A DNA stretch of 64,000 nucleotides from assembly GCA_010909165.1 (NCBI GenBank), contig VJWM01000118.1, positions 558,001 through 622,000 on the forward strand, read 5' to 3'. Shown in pieces: positions 11,235 to 24,736 of the stretch (positions within the stretch are counted from its first letter, which is position 1; each line of letters opens with the position of its first letter). The notes under the pieces are model-generated. The model made no database searches. It saw only the letters and a list, made by a program, of their open reading frames with translations, and was not told the origin of the DNA. The DNA is from Anthoceros angustus (taxonomy: Eukaryota; Plantae; Anthocerotophyta). A program made the position numbers and the translations under genes.

Positions 11235-14025
11235 CTAGCGTCTGAATAAATTCTTGAACAAAGAAGTAACACTATTAGAAGCTCCGTCGTCCATGTGGGC
11301 GGTCCTCTGGATGTCAGCTTCGGACCTTTCCTGCCTGGGTTCAGATGGGAGTACTCCTAGTCTGTCAGCATGCTTCAATGCCCAGTCCTTGAATTCTTCT
11401 GATGCCAGTAGGTCACCCACTGCCTTCCGGGTGTAAGTCTCAGACATATCCTTGTACTCTGTTTTGCTAATTGGCCTATGCTCCATCTTGTGGAAGGTGG
11501 AGTAAAAGCCAGGTTCGGGGGCGACATCGCCACCTGCAGCTGGTCTAGCAGGTGCACTTGACGGACTAGAGAATGGAGGAGAGCTTGACCAGCGACCACC
11601 AAATGGCGAGCTTGAAGAATTTCTGTACAGAGGGGTTAGAGGAGAGGACTTTAAGGGTGACACTATCGACTTCTGCGGAAAAGATGAGGGCCTAAGGGGT
11701 CTTGGGACTTCTTCTGGGGCGGGAAACTTTCCCAGTCTTGGTTCTGCATAATCAAGGATAGCATGAGAGAGAGTAGTAACAGTCAAGAGAAGTTTGAACT
11801 GAATATGCACTCTGAAGGTTAGACGGGAAAATGAACATCAGCAAGACCAGCAGCAGTGCATGTTCTGAGTCGCACGTCTTTCTTGAAACCAAAATTGCTT
11901 TACAGTCAACCTACCTGCAATGGGCGTTTGATGTCTTGGATGAACAGATCGATTCCCCGGTTCCGGAGTTAAAGGGGATGTGCCTGGCCTTTTCAGACCC
12001 TGGTTAACTGGCAGGTCCTTCAATATCTTGACTGGAGAATGCTTGACAGTACTGGTTTGCTTCGCAGCTGTCAGGTAAGGGATATCACGTGGGATAAGAG
12101 ACCTGTATGCACATATGGGTCAGGCAAAAGTTAAGAGAGAAAAATCAGACTCCTCCTCCATGCCATGGACTAAAGAAGCGTCTGCGAAGGAACAGCAGAG
12201 TACAGAACCTATACATGCTACTGCGATGACACCATTCTGGAAGGGTCATGCAGACAGCTTTGATGCTTACTCGGGCCATGGTGGCAGCTGCATTGTCGAT
12301 AGGCTTTCCACCAAATTGCTCAGAAGGAAGGGAAGAAAATCAGCACCAAGGGTAACCAGCAATCCAAACAGCACCAGCAGAACTGAGATCACCGGATCCT
12401 GGGAGCTCTGCCATACAGGAAGGGAGAGAAAACAACTTCAGATGCTTTTGCATGAGATAACCGTCAGTAAAATCACCAATTCCTCACTTCAACAAATATC
12501 AAGTACTCATTCACCTGAGCAATTGATACAGCACCGAGTAAGCGAAGGGCCCATTTAACAAACTTAGCAGTTCCTTCGTCAACATCACCACTTGCTGAAA
12601 GAGCATACTTGCGCACAGAAAAGTAACCAAGTGCAGCACCCGCAATACAGACTAATGAACCCATGAGGTAGACCAGCTGCATTCACAACAACAGTACGTG
12701 GGCATCAGCAAACCATCACAGAAGTAATTTGACATCCTGACATCTGGGAAAATTAAAGTATGTGCAAGCCACAACTATACTCACAGGATGCACTAAGTCA
12801 TCACCATACCCCAGCTGGTAGAGCACAGCAGCTGCCCATTGGTAAGCGTAACTCACGATTACGGTGCCCAAGCCTGCCTGAAGGAATGGAAGAGGTCAAT
12901 ACGTGAGAAGCTAAAAGAAGAAGACAAAAGATTGACATAAATACGTGCTCAGGACAGAAAGCGAGACTATGTTTGATAACTTACCACCGTTCCATACACA
13001 GCAACATACAAAGTGCTTCTTCGACTTGTGGGAAGCAGCTTCATCAACTGCAGGCAAGAGCTCACTCAACACTGGGACAGATCTCCAAAAGGCTAAATCA
13101 AGCTCGTATTTAAAAGCGTAACCCCTTCATCCCACCTACTAGCAAACTGAGCCACACAAGGATTTGACTGTACCTGAAAGAGAATGACCAGCACCACGAG
13201 CAGGATTCCTAAAGTGATACCACTAGAGTAATAAAACGGCACCCAACTGCTGACCAGAGGTGCGATGACTACCAAGGCCATTCCCAGAGCCAAACAAGCA
13301 TATCGATATGCTTTTGGTCCTGTCGAAGACAAACGGGCTGTGATTAGTCATAAACCGAGATCAACCACACACAAAGAAAAGGTCACATACACAGCGCAGC
13401 GCCTTCACCAGTTACCTTCCGTGACCGTAACGTTAGCCGAGGAACCATCTGCCGATGCCTTGATGTCCAGAAAGCAAGTGTCAAAGGGTGACATGACATC
13501 AGACCACCCATCTTTCTTGTCAACCAGGCTCCAGGTTTCCTTTGCACAAGGGCTCAAGGGCTGAGAGCCATTGCTGTTCAAGAAATGCAAACCCAGGTGA
13601 GAAAAGAATTACTACACCGATACAAGACTCAAGCACGTTGAAGCCAAACAACCCACAAGACCCAGAGAAGAAAGCAGCCACTCACCCATGAAAACAGACC
13701 TCGAGTTTGGCCTTGGTAGGCACAGTGTGCGCGACAGTCACGTGAAACGTGTACGCAAACTTGAAAAAGTCGTGAAGCCTGGAACGCCCAGGAATTCGCA
13801 ACCGCACAGGCAACGTCGAGAGAGGCTCCACGACCCGAGGGACGCCAATCACCACATCTGCTCATAGCAGCGAAAATGAGATTCAAGCACGATACCCCAC
13901 GCAAGACAAAATTGCTCAAGCCAGCAAATCGAAGCACAGAAAGACGGTGCACCTTCATACGTTACAGCACAGGAAATTCCGGACAAGAAAGAAAGGACAA
14001 GCAGGAAGCTCAGAAGCTGCATCAT
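11235..14025 (-). CDS. Nuclear envelope integral membrane protein (NEMP family), multi-exon
   Basis: Signal-like start MMQLLSFLLV; SSWVPFYYSSGITLGILLVVLVILFQ; GDVDEGTAKFVKWALR; C-terminal FYSTFHK...TRKAVGDLLASEEFKDW. Confidence 0.85.
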
Positions 14026-14624
14026 CCCCGGAGTGCAAAGCTCCAGCTGCCCGCTTTTCTCCCTGTTTGCCTTGGTCCGCCCGTCACCGAGCAAACCCAT
14101 TACTCTTAGCTCCTTCCTCCCAGGCCAAAGACTCAGAACTACATGAACAGCAGCACAGTAAGCAAAACCCTAGGCCCTGAATCACGTCTCAACATCCTTC
14201 GTGCGGTCAAAGACACCATCCAACGCTCGCCACACTGTACGCAGGAACAGCTCCCAAGCAAAACACGTTTCCCTCCAACGGAGACTCAAAATTGAGGAAA
14301 GAGAAAACACAAGTACGACGCTGCTCTCAAGGTTCTGCTTCTTGTTGATTTTACTCAACCCTCGATCTCCCTTTTTTTAGTCCAGATCTCTCATCCCAGT
14401 AGAAGAAGAAGTCTATTTGAGTCCTGTACTGTTCCGCCAGCAGCACGCTAATCTGCAGCGTTCTGATGGCATCACGGATACCTCGATAGAGGAAGAAACG
14501 GAAAAACGTCTCATTTCTGCAACAACCCAAATCATAAAAACAGAGCATCTCTTCCCCGTGGAGGAACTGCAGCATCTGCGCATAGCAAGAGCCTCAGCTG
14601 GGACTGCTGCTGCTGCTGGTGCAG

Positions 14625-15875
14625 ATGGATGGAGTGGAGAGGAAGGCAGTTGCGGTGATCATGGTAGGTGGCCCGACAAAGGGCACACGCTTCAGGCCCC
14701 TTTCTTTGAAGCTCGCCAAGCCTCTGTTCCCCCTGGCAGGACAGCCGATGGTGCATCACCCGATTCTTGCATGCAAGAAGATCCCCAATCTGGTGCAGGT
14801 TTATCTCGTAGGGTTTTACAAGGAGGAAGATTTCGCGTTGTACGTTTCTGCGCTGTCCAGCGAGTTGAGAATTCCTGTGAGGTATCTCCATGAGGACAAG
14901 CCGCAGGGCTCGGCTGGTGGGCTGTACAGATTCCGGGATTTGATCATGGAAGATGGCCCGGAAGACCTCATAGTGCTGAATTGCGACGTGTGCAGCAGCT
15001 TCCCATTGCTGGAGATGCTGGAGGCGCACAGGAAGCACCAGGGGCTTGGGACGTTGCTGGTCAAGCAGGTGGCCCGGGAGGCGGCCATGGAGTTTGGAGA
15101 GCTGGTGGCGGATGCGGCCAGCGGAGAGCTGGTGCATTATACCGAGAAGCCGGAGACTTTTGTGAGCGAGTACATCAACTGCGGAGTGTACATTTTCACG
15201 CCTGAAATCTTCACAGCAATTGAGGAAGCGTTCCGTGCCGGGTCGAATAGAGCAGGTCTTAGACGGATTTCCAGCTTCGAGGCACTGCAGTCTGCCACCA
15301 AGACGATTCCAACGGACTTCTTGCGGCTGGATCAGGACATTCTAACCCCGCTGGCCGGGAAGCAGAAGCTGTACACGTATGAAACGAGCGATTTCTGGGA
15401 GCAGATCAAGACTCCAGGCATGGCGTTGCGTTCTTCTTCTCTGTACCTGGAGCAGTACCGGATTGTGCAGCCTGAGCTTCTGGCTAAGCCAGGGGATGGG
15501 ACGAAAAGTGCGATCGTAGAGGGCGATGTTTACATCCATCCTTCTGCGAAGGTGCATCCTACTTGCAAAATTGGTCCCAACGTTTCCATCTCTGCCAATG
15601 CTCGAATTGGTGCCGGTGTGAGGCTGCGGGAGTGCATCATACTGGATGGTGTGGAGGTGAAGGAGCATGCCGTGGTGATTCATTCCATCGTGGGATGGAA
15701 ATCCCAACTGGGAAGATGGTCTCGGGTGGAAGGGGTAGCTGCCCATTCAGAGAAGCTGGGCATCACCATTCTAGGTGAGGACGTTGTTGTGGAAGACGAG
15801 GTGGTAATAGAGAACTGCATCGTGCTACCACACAAGGTGCTAAGTCACAATGAGGCTGACGAAGTCATCCTCTGA
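14625..15875 (+). CDS. Mannose-1-phosphate guanylyltransferase alpha / KONJAC-like (GMPPA), intronless
   Basis: AVIMVGGPTKGTRFRPLS, LVHYTEKPETFVS, FWEQIKTPG, hexapeptide beta-helix C-terminus; uninterrupted ORF. Confidence 0.93.
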   Translation: MDGVERKAVAVIMVGGPTKGTRFRPLSLKLAKPLFPLAGQPMVHHPILACKKIPNLVQVYLVGFYKEEDFALYVSALSSELRIPVRYLHEDKPQGSAGGLYRFRDLIMEDGPEDLIVLNCDVCSSFPLLEMLEAHRKHQGLGTLLVKQVAREAAMEFGELVADAASGELVHYTEKPETFVSEYINCGVYIFTPEIFTAIEEAFRAGSNRAGLRRISSFEALQSATKTIPTDFLRLDQDILTPLAGKQKLYTYETSDFWEQIKTPGMALRSSSLYLEQYRIVQPELLAKPGDGTKSAIVEGDVYIHPSAKVHPTCKIGPNVSISANARIGAGVRLRECIILDGVEVKEHAVVIHSIVGWKSQLGRWSRVEGVAAHSEKLGITILGEDVVVEDEVVIENCIVLPHKVLSHNEADEVIL

Positions 15876-16428
15876 GTGCGAGTTGAGAGACAACACAGTT
15901 GGAAGAGCAATATACATATTATTGCTCACGGTGAGAGATAGGCATAGGAACAATCAGTTTTGACCTGGGACTCCATAAGGGCCCCGATTCCCCAAATTCC
16001 AAGACCTATGCATGGCAACAACCTATGTTTGCTCTGAACATTTATCTGTCCAAGGTTCAGCTCCGTCATTAACCTGGCCTTAGACGCTGTTCAGTGTCCT
16101 CCTTCTAACTTCCATATCCACAAATAGAGTCTATAACTACAGGCTACATTGTTACACCTGGCTTGCTTCCCCTGGAAATCACCAGATTCAAGCTCCAGTG
16201 AAGAAGAGGACAGATATCCTGACAACAAGCAGCTCCTGCACAACAAGCAATAATCAGGTTGTTAGTATACCATCTCCTCCACATCCAATCACACAGCAAG
16301 TGCAGAACCACAGAACACATACCAGCATCAGAAGCCCTCAAAAACCCAATCAATACCGCCGGTTCTGCCTCATGAAGCCAGCAGTACTTCTGATTCATGA
16401 CAACCAAGGGAGCCAATCCAGAAATGCA

Positions 16429-18145
<1,717 letters not shown>

Positions 18146-18403
18146 CGCCGCCTGCTTGCGCTCATGGACGAAGGAAGAATGCCAAGAATCGATCCCGGCT
18201 CCGGAGTCTCCCGCAGCCGTGCCCTTTGCCGGTTCCGTTAGTCGCCAATCCAGACGGATATCGTCTGCCTACAAGCACGCCGATCGCATTTCGAATCGCG
18301 TCGCGTCTCATTTCACCTCATTTCAGAGCTGGTATGTATTGGAGTTAAGGATGCATCCGATGCGCGGTAAGCGACTCGAGACGTCTCGCAATGAGAAGAC
18401 CGT

Positions 18404-18459
18404 GTGAATCGCGAATCGTGAGTCGTGAGTCGTGAGTCGTGAGTCGCGAATCGTGAATC
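18404..18459. repeat. 7-bp tandem repeat x8 in the divergent katanin/mL60 promoter
   Basis: gtgaatc gcgaatc (gtgagtc)x4 gcgaatc gtgaatc. Confidence 0.9.
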
Positions 18460-18586
18460 CTGTCTTGTAGGGCAAACGGAGGACCAGATACCGCTCGTGC
18501 GGCAGACGTCGGATTTTATGGCGGGAGCAGCGTGTTAGCCTCCTCGCATCGGAGCCTGTGGCTGAGCTTGGGCAAGGGATAGGACC

Positions 18587-18921
18587 ATGGGGTTTATTGG
18601 AACCAGGGTCATGCAGGTGGTGTACAAGCAGACGGGAGGTTTGGTGTGGAAGAATTGGCCGATGAATCACACGCGCCGCGCCAACTCCAAGAAGCGGCAC
18701 CGCCGCATCCGGCAGGTTTGTGAGCGGGTGCATTTGCTGGATCGGATTATTGGATTGAACTGGACTGAACTTCGTTGCGGAGAATGAGAGCATGTGGTTC
18801 TTGTGGGGTACAGGTAGAAGACATTCTGAGGGCTTGTGCGGAGGGTGAGCCTCCTAGTCACATCAAGAAGGAGCAAGTTCAAGCTGCGGCAGTGAAACCT
18901 GCAAGGGCAACGTCGAGCTGA
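18587..18921 (+). CDS. Small basic protein, probable mitochondrial ribosomal protein mL60-like (2 exons, ~78 aa)
   Basis: Exons 18587-18715 and 18814-18921 (GT-AG); GGLVWKNWPMNHTRRANSKKRHRRIRQVEDIL resembles the GGLxWK...R..R...R.V pattern of mL60/YmL31 as recalled. Confidence 0.6.
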
Positions 18922-19313
18922 AGCTGGTGTGAGGGAGCAACATTTTTGAACCGTGGTTGTCCCCAGGCTGCACATGGTTGGCAGTTGGAATGGGGGAATG
19001 TGCGTATGACGTTAGGTGACGCTGGTGGAGCCACAACTGCGTCCTCAGATAGAGGACATAGATTTGAATGATGTTGAAAGGATTTCACTTGCAACGTCGC
19101 CTTAGGGACAATAGCATTGCAGGTTGGTGGCGGTGACAAAGTTTTGCCCGTAGTTTGTCATTGGGCATCTAATGTGTAGAATTCAATCGTTCACGATGTT
19201 GAGAGCTAGGGAGAAGGGCCCTGAATGCGCCTTCTGTGAGAGAGGGAAAACTTACAGGTGGAGACGGAGACTAGTTTACACTGCATGAAGGCATGAGGGG
19301 TGCTGCGCTAATA

Positions 19314-22300
19314 TTACAGTTCTAGTATGGTTTCACCACCTCTCTCCCCCTGAAGTGATGTGCCATCTGCCTGCCTGCGAGAGTCGGCATATCGCAGCCG
19401 GAGGTTGGCTGGGACATGTGTTGCAGCCAGGACATCCTTAGCCGCATCGCCGCCCTTGAGAGAGAGAGATTGTTTCCAGGCTTCGGCTGCCTCGTTCCTT
19501 TGCTTTGTTCCGTGTCGAAAGAAGAAGACGATGACTGTCATGTCATCGTGATAGTCTCTTCGTTGACCTCCAGGCATCTGAAGCAGCTCGCTGTATGCCA
19601 CCTCGTGCTTCCTCGCTGCCTTCTGTAAAGCGTATTTAACAAGGAAACGTGCAATGTCCTGCGAGACATCCCACGAATGTTTTGGAACGAAAGAACTACT
19701 TTGGGGAGATTGCTTAAGAAACGTTTATCCGGTGACTTGATTTACCTTTCTGCCGTGTGCCGAAACGATTTCCACAGCTTCTTCGTTGCTCACATATTCC
19801 CATAGTCCATCAGATGCCAAAATAAGGAACTCGTCATTAGCAGAGAGCATATGAAGTGACACGGATGGCTCGGAGGATACTAACGGTGGTACAAAAGGCC
19901 CCGGAACACGAAATCTGGAAAACAAAGGATCTCGGTTGAATTCTAGGTGTTTCATGAACAAATCTCCAAAGCAGCGAGTCACCTGCCAGGTCAGCCAAGG
20001 GTACCACTTGCATCAGAATTATACTCTCAAGGCTGCAGCATTGAAAAAAACATCTTTGTGCATTCCGCTGACCTGAAGTTTTCCTTTAATCCTCCAGATC
20101 CCATTCTTCTCCCACACCAGATTCCCACCACAGCAAGCTTCATGCGCTCGTGTGTAAGCCTCCCTGACATCAGGTATGTTCACGTTGTCATCCTGTGACA
20201 GCTGAACGGGATATAGGCCGTCCTTCCCCCTACAACCCAGGACAGCTCTGCTATCTCCCAGGTTTGCAATGAACAATGTCTCTCCTGTTATGATGGCTAC
20301 GATGGAACAAGAGCCAACTGTGGCTAAGTGCGGAGATTTCTGAAAAGCATCTCGAACAATGTCAATGAACTGTCCCTCTGTGCTTGCAAATGCAGCTTTG
20401 ATCCCTTCCACAGACACCTTTCCATGATTTTGCACAAAGCGACCTGCCCCACAGCCAGTAATCAATTAGGACCCACTCCTGCATTTTTGTCTTACCACAA
20501 GCTGGATCACTAGTCATCAATCAGTGGAACAAAACAACAATGAAATCGTGCACAAGTCACATACTCTTTAGATTATCGTACAGATGGTCCTTCAAATATT
20601 TCGATGCTTCTGTACCCCCATGACCATCATGGATTCCAAGATATACACCGCTAAGAGTTGCCTCCACCTTAAATCACCCATTGACTATGGTCAGCAAAGA
20701 CTTTTATGACAACTACCTCAGCACTTCAAACCTGCAAAGCTTGTTTGTTTAGCCTCACCTCACCAGTGTCCTCCATGAAATAATTGGCTTCATACATTGC
20801 AAATGAGAATTCTCCAAAGGCTGTTCGCTTTAGAGACTTGTGCCAGAGTGAGCTTTTCAAAGACCTGTCTCCTTTGCGAGGTAACAGGACAGCTTTGATT
20901 CGACGAAATTGTCCCACAGAAAAGATCTTCCTATCTCTCACAAAATCAATACGACTCCGGCGGTCCCGGCGGAGAAACTCAGTTGTGTCCTTGTCCTCAC
21001 CGCCATGAAATGCTAAATCCAAGCCAGCCTGCAATAACAATAATGCTGGATGAAGTCTGCAAAAATCTGAAGCAAAGCTCTCCAACACATGCACCTTCAT
21101 GGGCTTTGTTGAATATCACCTCTTCTTCCTGCCGGTCCACCCGTAGAGCATTGAAGAAGGCAAGAAGATAGAATAATACAAAACTTGATATCCCAACCCA
21201 CAGATATACTGTGAATAATCCTACCATCTGGATGCCAGGAATAGGTAATCAGGCGATATTATCTCATTCCACAGCCTCCCACAACAGAAAAGAAATTGTT
21301 GGGAATCTTGCCTGGACGAACAACTGCCTGAACCCACCGCCGTGGAACAGCCCGTAACTTCTGGGGTGCAGAATGTTGAAGGACTTGCGGATATTGTATG
21401 GTGTGGAGAACAAGCCGACAGCCAGACCTCCCCAAGTGCCACAGAATAGGTGTACAGGCGCAGCCATAACCACGTCATCTATCTGGCACTTTATCATGAC
21501 CTTGACTCCAGCAAGATAAAAAAAACCGGAGATCAAACCTGCACACATCATGCCCATCAGAACAGTGGTAACAACACATGATACCAAGTCAGCAACAGAC
21601 TTACTTGGATGCATCACCAAGCGAGTTTCCACCCAGACAATGAAGAGAGTAATGGAGCTCACCTATGACAGCTGCACCATATGGCTGCACGACACTGCTT
21701 GTGGCACATGCTGCTACCAAGCCACCGATCACGGCATTGAACACATCCTCGGGTTTTGATTTTTTGTTGACCGTTTGGGTAAAAATGTAGACCACAAACC
21801 CCGAGAATGCTGCTGTTAACGTAGTGTTCTGAGCCACTCGTGCCAGCTCTACTGTCCAGACTACATTTTGATCTTGTATAATGTCAACAGGACCTGTGTT
21901 GAAGCCAAAAAAGCTAACCCACAGCAACACTGTGCCTGCTGCCACCAAAGCCTGCGAGAGGTAGCACATGTTAATGTTTGGTCAACAGCCAGAAGAGAAA
22001 GCCAGCGAAGCCTCCACTACCACAACGTTGTCACTGACTGACTCAAGAGGAACAAGCATCCACACTCGCCACAGGAACGGTTCAGAAAACCTAAAAACCA
22101 ATGAGATTGATTCACGAACCACGGAGTGACTTTGCATAGGCACAGGATTCCCCTCGATGTCAAACCTGCCAATTCTAGGTCCCACCATCCACGCCCCTAC
22201 AAGTGCAGTCACTCCCCCAGTGACATGGACCACCATGGATCCCGCATTGTCCAACACGCCATCTGTACCAAGTATTCTTGCCGAGCTGTTGGCACTCAAC

Positions 22301-23075
22301 AGGCCCTCTCTCGACCATATCAGATGAGCTGTTATTGGGTAGATGAAGGAACTCAGGAAGAAGCTGGTACACATGTACCAAAGTGTCAGAAACTAAAACT
22401 TACATCCCCATGACTGACTCTGGCAGACTACGAAGGGGAGCAAACTGAAAGCCTTGGAGCTAGTTAAAACCCGAGCAAAAGACACTCGCCAGGAGAGGAG
22501 AACCCGTACCTGTAGATCAGATAAGCTCGCAGTTGCGTACGTTCAGCAATAGATCCAGCAATGATATTCGCACACGTTGTAGCAAAAGCTAGCTCAAAGA
22601 AAAACTTGAGCTGCTCACGATCACCAGAAAACGCCGGCTTGCCGTCTGAATACTTCCAACCTATAACCTCATTCCCGTACCCAAACCCGATGGCATACCC
22701 AAACAGCCAGAATGAAATGACACAAATGCACATATCCAGCACATTCTTGACCATAATGTTGCGGGTGTTCTTCACACGCACAGTGCCAGCTTCTATCAAA
22801 GAGAATCCCACCTGCAGCAAAATCCAACCACACCAGAACTTTTAACAACACAACAAGACCACAACACTCTCAGGTCAATCCCCAGAACCGCAGCACAGTG
22901 ACTATACCTGCATGAGGAAGACGAAAAAAGCCGCCTGGAGTTTCCACAGGTCGGCAGAGATCCTCCCATTGTCAGAATTGCTCTTCGCCAGAGCATCCAA
23001 TACTGACGAAATGTTGGCAATTTGGCTCTGGATTTCTCCAATTGTAGAAGGATCCAGCTCCTCCCCCGGATCCAT
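19314..23075 (-). CDS. Ammonium transporter (AMT) - clade D PP2C phosphatase fusion protein, 11 exons, ~887 aa
   Basis: Exons 23075-22908, 22811-22510, 22363-22120, 21951-21663, 21538-21312, 21227-21120, 21028-20759, 20667-20565, 20443-20073, 19982-19746, 19658-19314 sum to 2664 nt in frame. AMT motifs MQVGFSLIEAG, GSIAERT, DNAGSMVVHVTGG, GPRIGRF, FGFN, IDD...VHLFCG, EEEAGLDLAFHGG. PP2C motifs LWHK..FGEFSFA, MED, DGHGG, ANLGDSRAVLG, LILASDGLWE, HDDMTV. Confidence 0.9.
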
Positions 23076-23085
23076 CTCTCAATTC

Positions 23086-23214
23086 TCAAACTCCAAGCCT
23101 GGACTCTGGCAGCCAATCCTTCTCCTCCATCTTAGACATAACTCCCTGTACGGACTCCGCCCCGTCGCTTCCCACACTCCTCATCCTCCTCAAATTCAGC
23201 CCAGGAGCCTCCAT
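23086..23214 (-). promoter_or_regulatory. Candidate upstream ORF (42 aa) ending 10 nt before the AMT-PP2C start codon
   Basis: ATG 23214 to TGA 23086, four Met codons; the main ATG has its own in-frame TGA two codons upstream. Confidence 0.35.
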
Positions 23215-24736
23215 TTCACACAATCCCAACCCGGAACCCCAGACTCCCTCGCCTACTCGCCTCCGCTGCCCACCTCGATGCCGACGGGCTCGCAATCGGC
23301 CCTCCCGAGCTCCAATTCTTCACCTCAAATTGCAGGTCCGACTGCCTCTCCCGGCCGATGGAGGCCAGCGCATGCAGGCGCCGGGGACTGGAGAGCCGAG
23401 ATCCCGACAATCTGCAACCCCAGTCGTTCAACGGCTCCGACTCCAGTCCAGGAAGCAGGCCTCTGCGAATCCATCCCAAAATGCGTCTCACGACACTATC
23501 TTGGAATGGCTGGCATCACCTGCCCCGCATGGCCGCCGGAATCGCAGAATCAAGAGCGCCTGGGTCTGAAGCGGAACAAGGGACGTCGCATTCAGCCAGC
23601 TTCTGGCCTCGGAGGCCCGGCTGAAGGACCGAGGGGGAGAAACAGGCCTTTACTGTCCCAGCCGAGACCCAGCCTCCGATGGCCTCCGATGGCCTCCGAG
23701 GCCGCAGCAAGGCCTGCTGCCGCCCTCTGCTGCCCTGGGCCCCCCAGAGCTACCGCTTCCCATGAAAGGACTGGCAGAGTTAGTGGAGACGTAACCTTGG
23801 TGTAATCGACCCGATTCGACTCCAGTTCGCAGTTGCATGAGAAGACGTCTCGCCGGAGACGTCTCACTACAGTGATTGGAATTCGGGCATTTGACGTACT
23901 CGATGTCGGCTGCTGCGCCTCGGAGATGGCGGAGCCAGGAGAGTTGCCAGGTACTTTCGAGATGCTGGTCGATCCGACGCTTGTTGTTATCGGGCCTGGG
24001 GCCTGGGCCTGGGGCCTGACGCGGCTGTCCGGCGGAACTGTGACAGATTTGGGGAAAGGAATGTGTGAAATATCATCACGAGAACTAGCTGAACGAAATT
24101 ACACATACTAGCTTGTTGCACATGCTAGTCACTCTATGGTGTTACAGACTAGCGATTTGATTAGGGATCTGATCAGGAATTAATAACTGGCCACAAGGAC
24201 AAGCACTTACATCAAAGGGGTCGGCAAGTTACAACCGCAAGCACCGGTGCAGCTGCCCACGTCACCTGGCCCAAGGAGGCACCGGCTTCGGTGCTTCAGT
24301 GAGGAGGCAACACATGGCACCTGTTGTACAAGTGCCACAAAGCTGATGTCACACCAGTTTCAAATGGGGAAGCTTGACAACCAGGATATCCTTAACGCGA
24401 CTGAAAACATGAACTGTACAGGGCGTACTACGACATCAAGCTCACATGCATCTTGGGCAGTGCTGTCCAACTCCTATGCACCACAGCCATGAGCCTGTCG
24501 AGTGGTGTCATCGTCGTGACCATACGGCAGCTGGGTTGCATGGAGGCCAGTCCGATTCTTGACTCTGTTGGTGGAATAGAGGAGGAGGACTTGAGCAATG
24601 AGCACTGGGGTAGAAAGAGAGCACTGTAGTTGGAGAGGCAATGACCCAAGGCCAGAGTGCCCGACCTTGCATCTTGAGGTGACGAGGCGTTTGGTACGAC
24701 GTCACATCCGTGCTCTCCGTGTCGTTGAAGTGAGAG

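Noticed and set aside
19314-20800. PP2C as a separate gene from the AMT
   Set aside because: No stop after the AMT C-terminal motif, and the first available Met lies inside the conserved PP2C-D N-terminal motif within the shared exon.
22912-23805. 297-aa + strand ORF overlapping the AMT start
   Set aside because: Low-complexity Pro/Ser-rich reading of a GC-rich promoter, antisense to a well-supported gene.
23991-24018. (GGGCCT/G)x4 run as a regulatory element
   Set aside because: Could be site II or G-quadruplex-like, but it is too short and not clearly tied to a start site.
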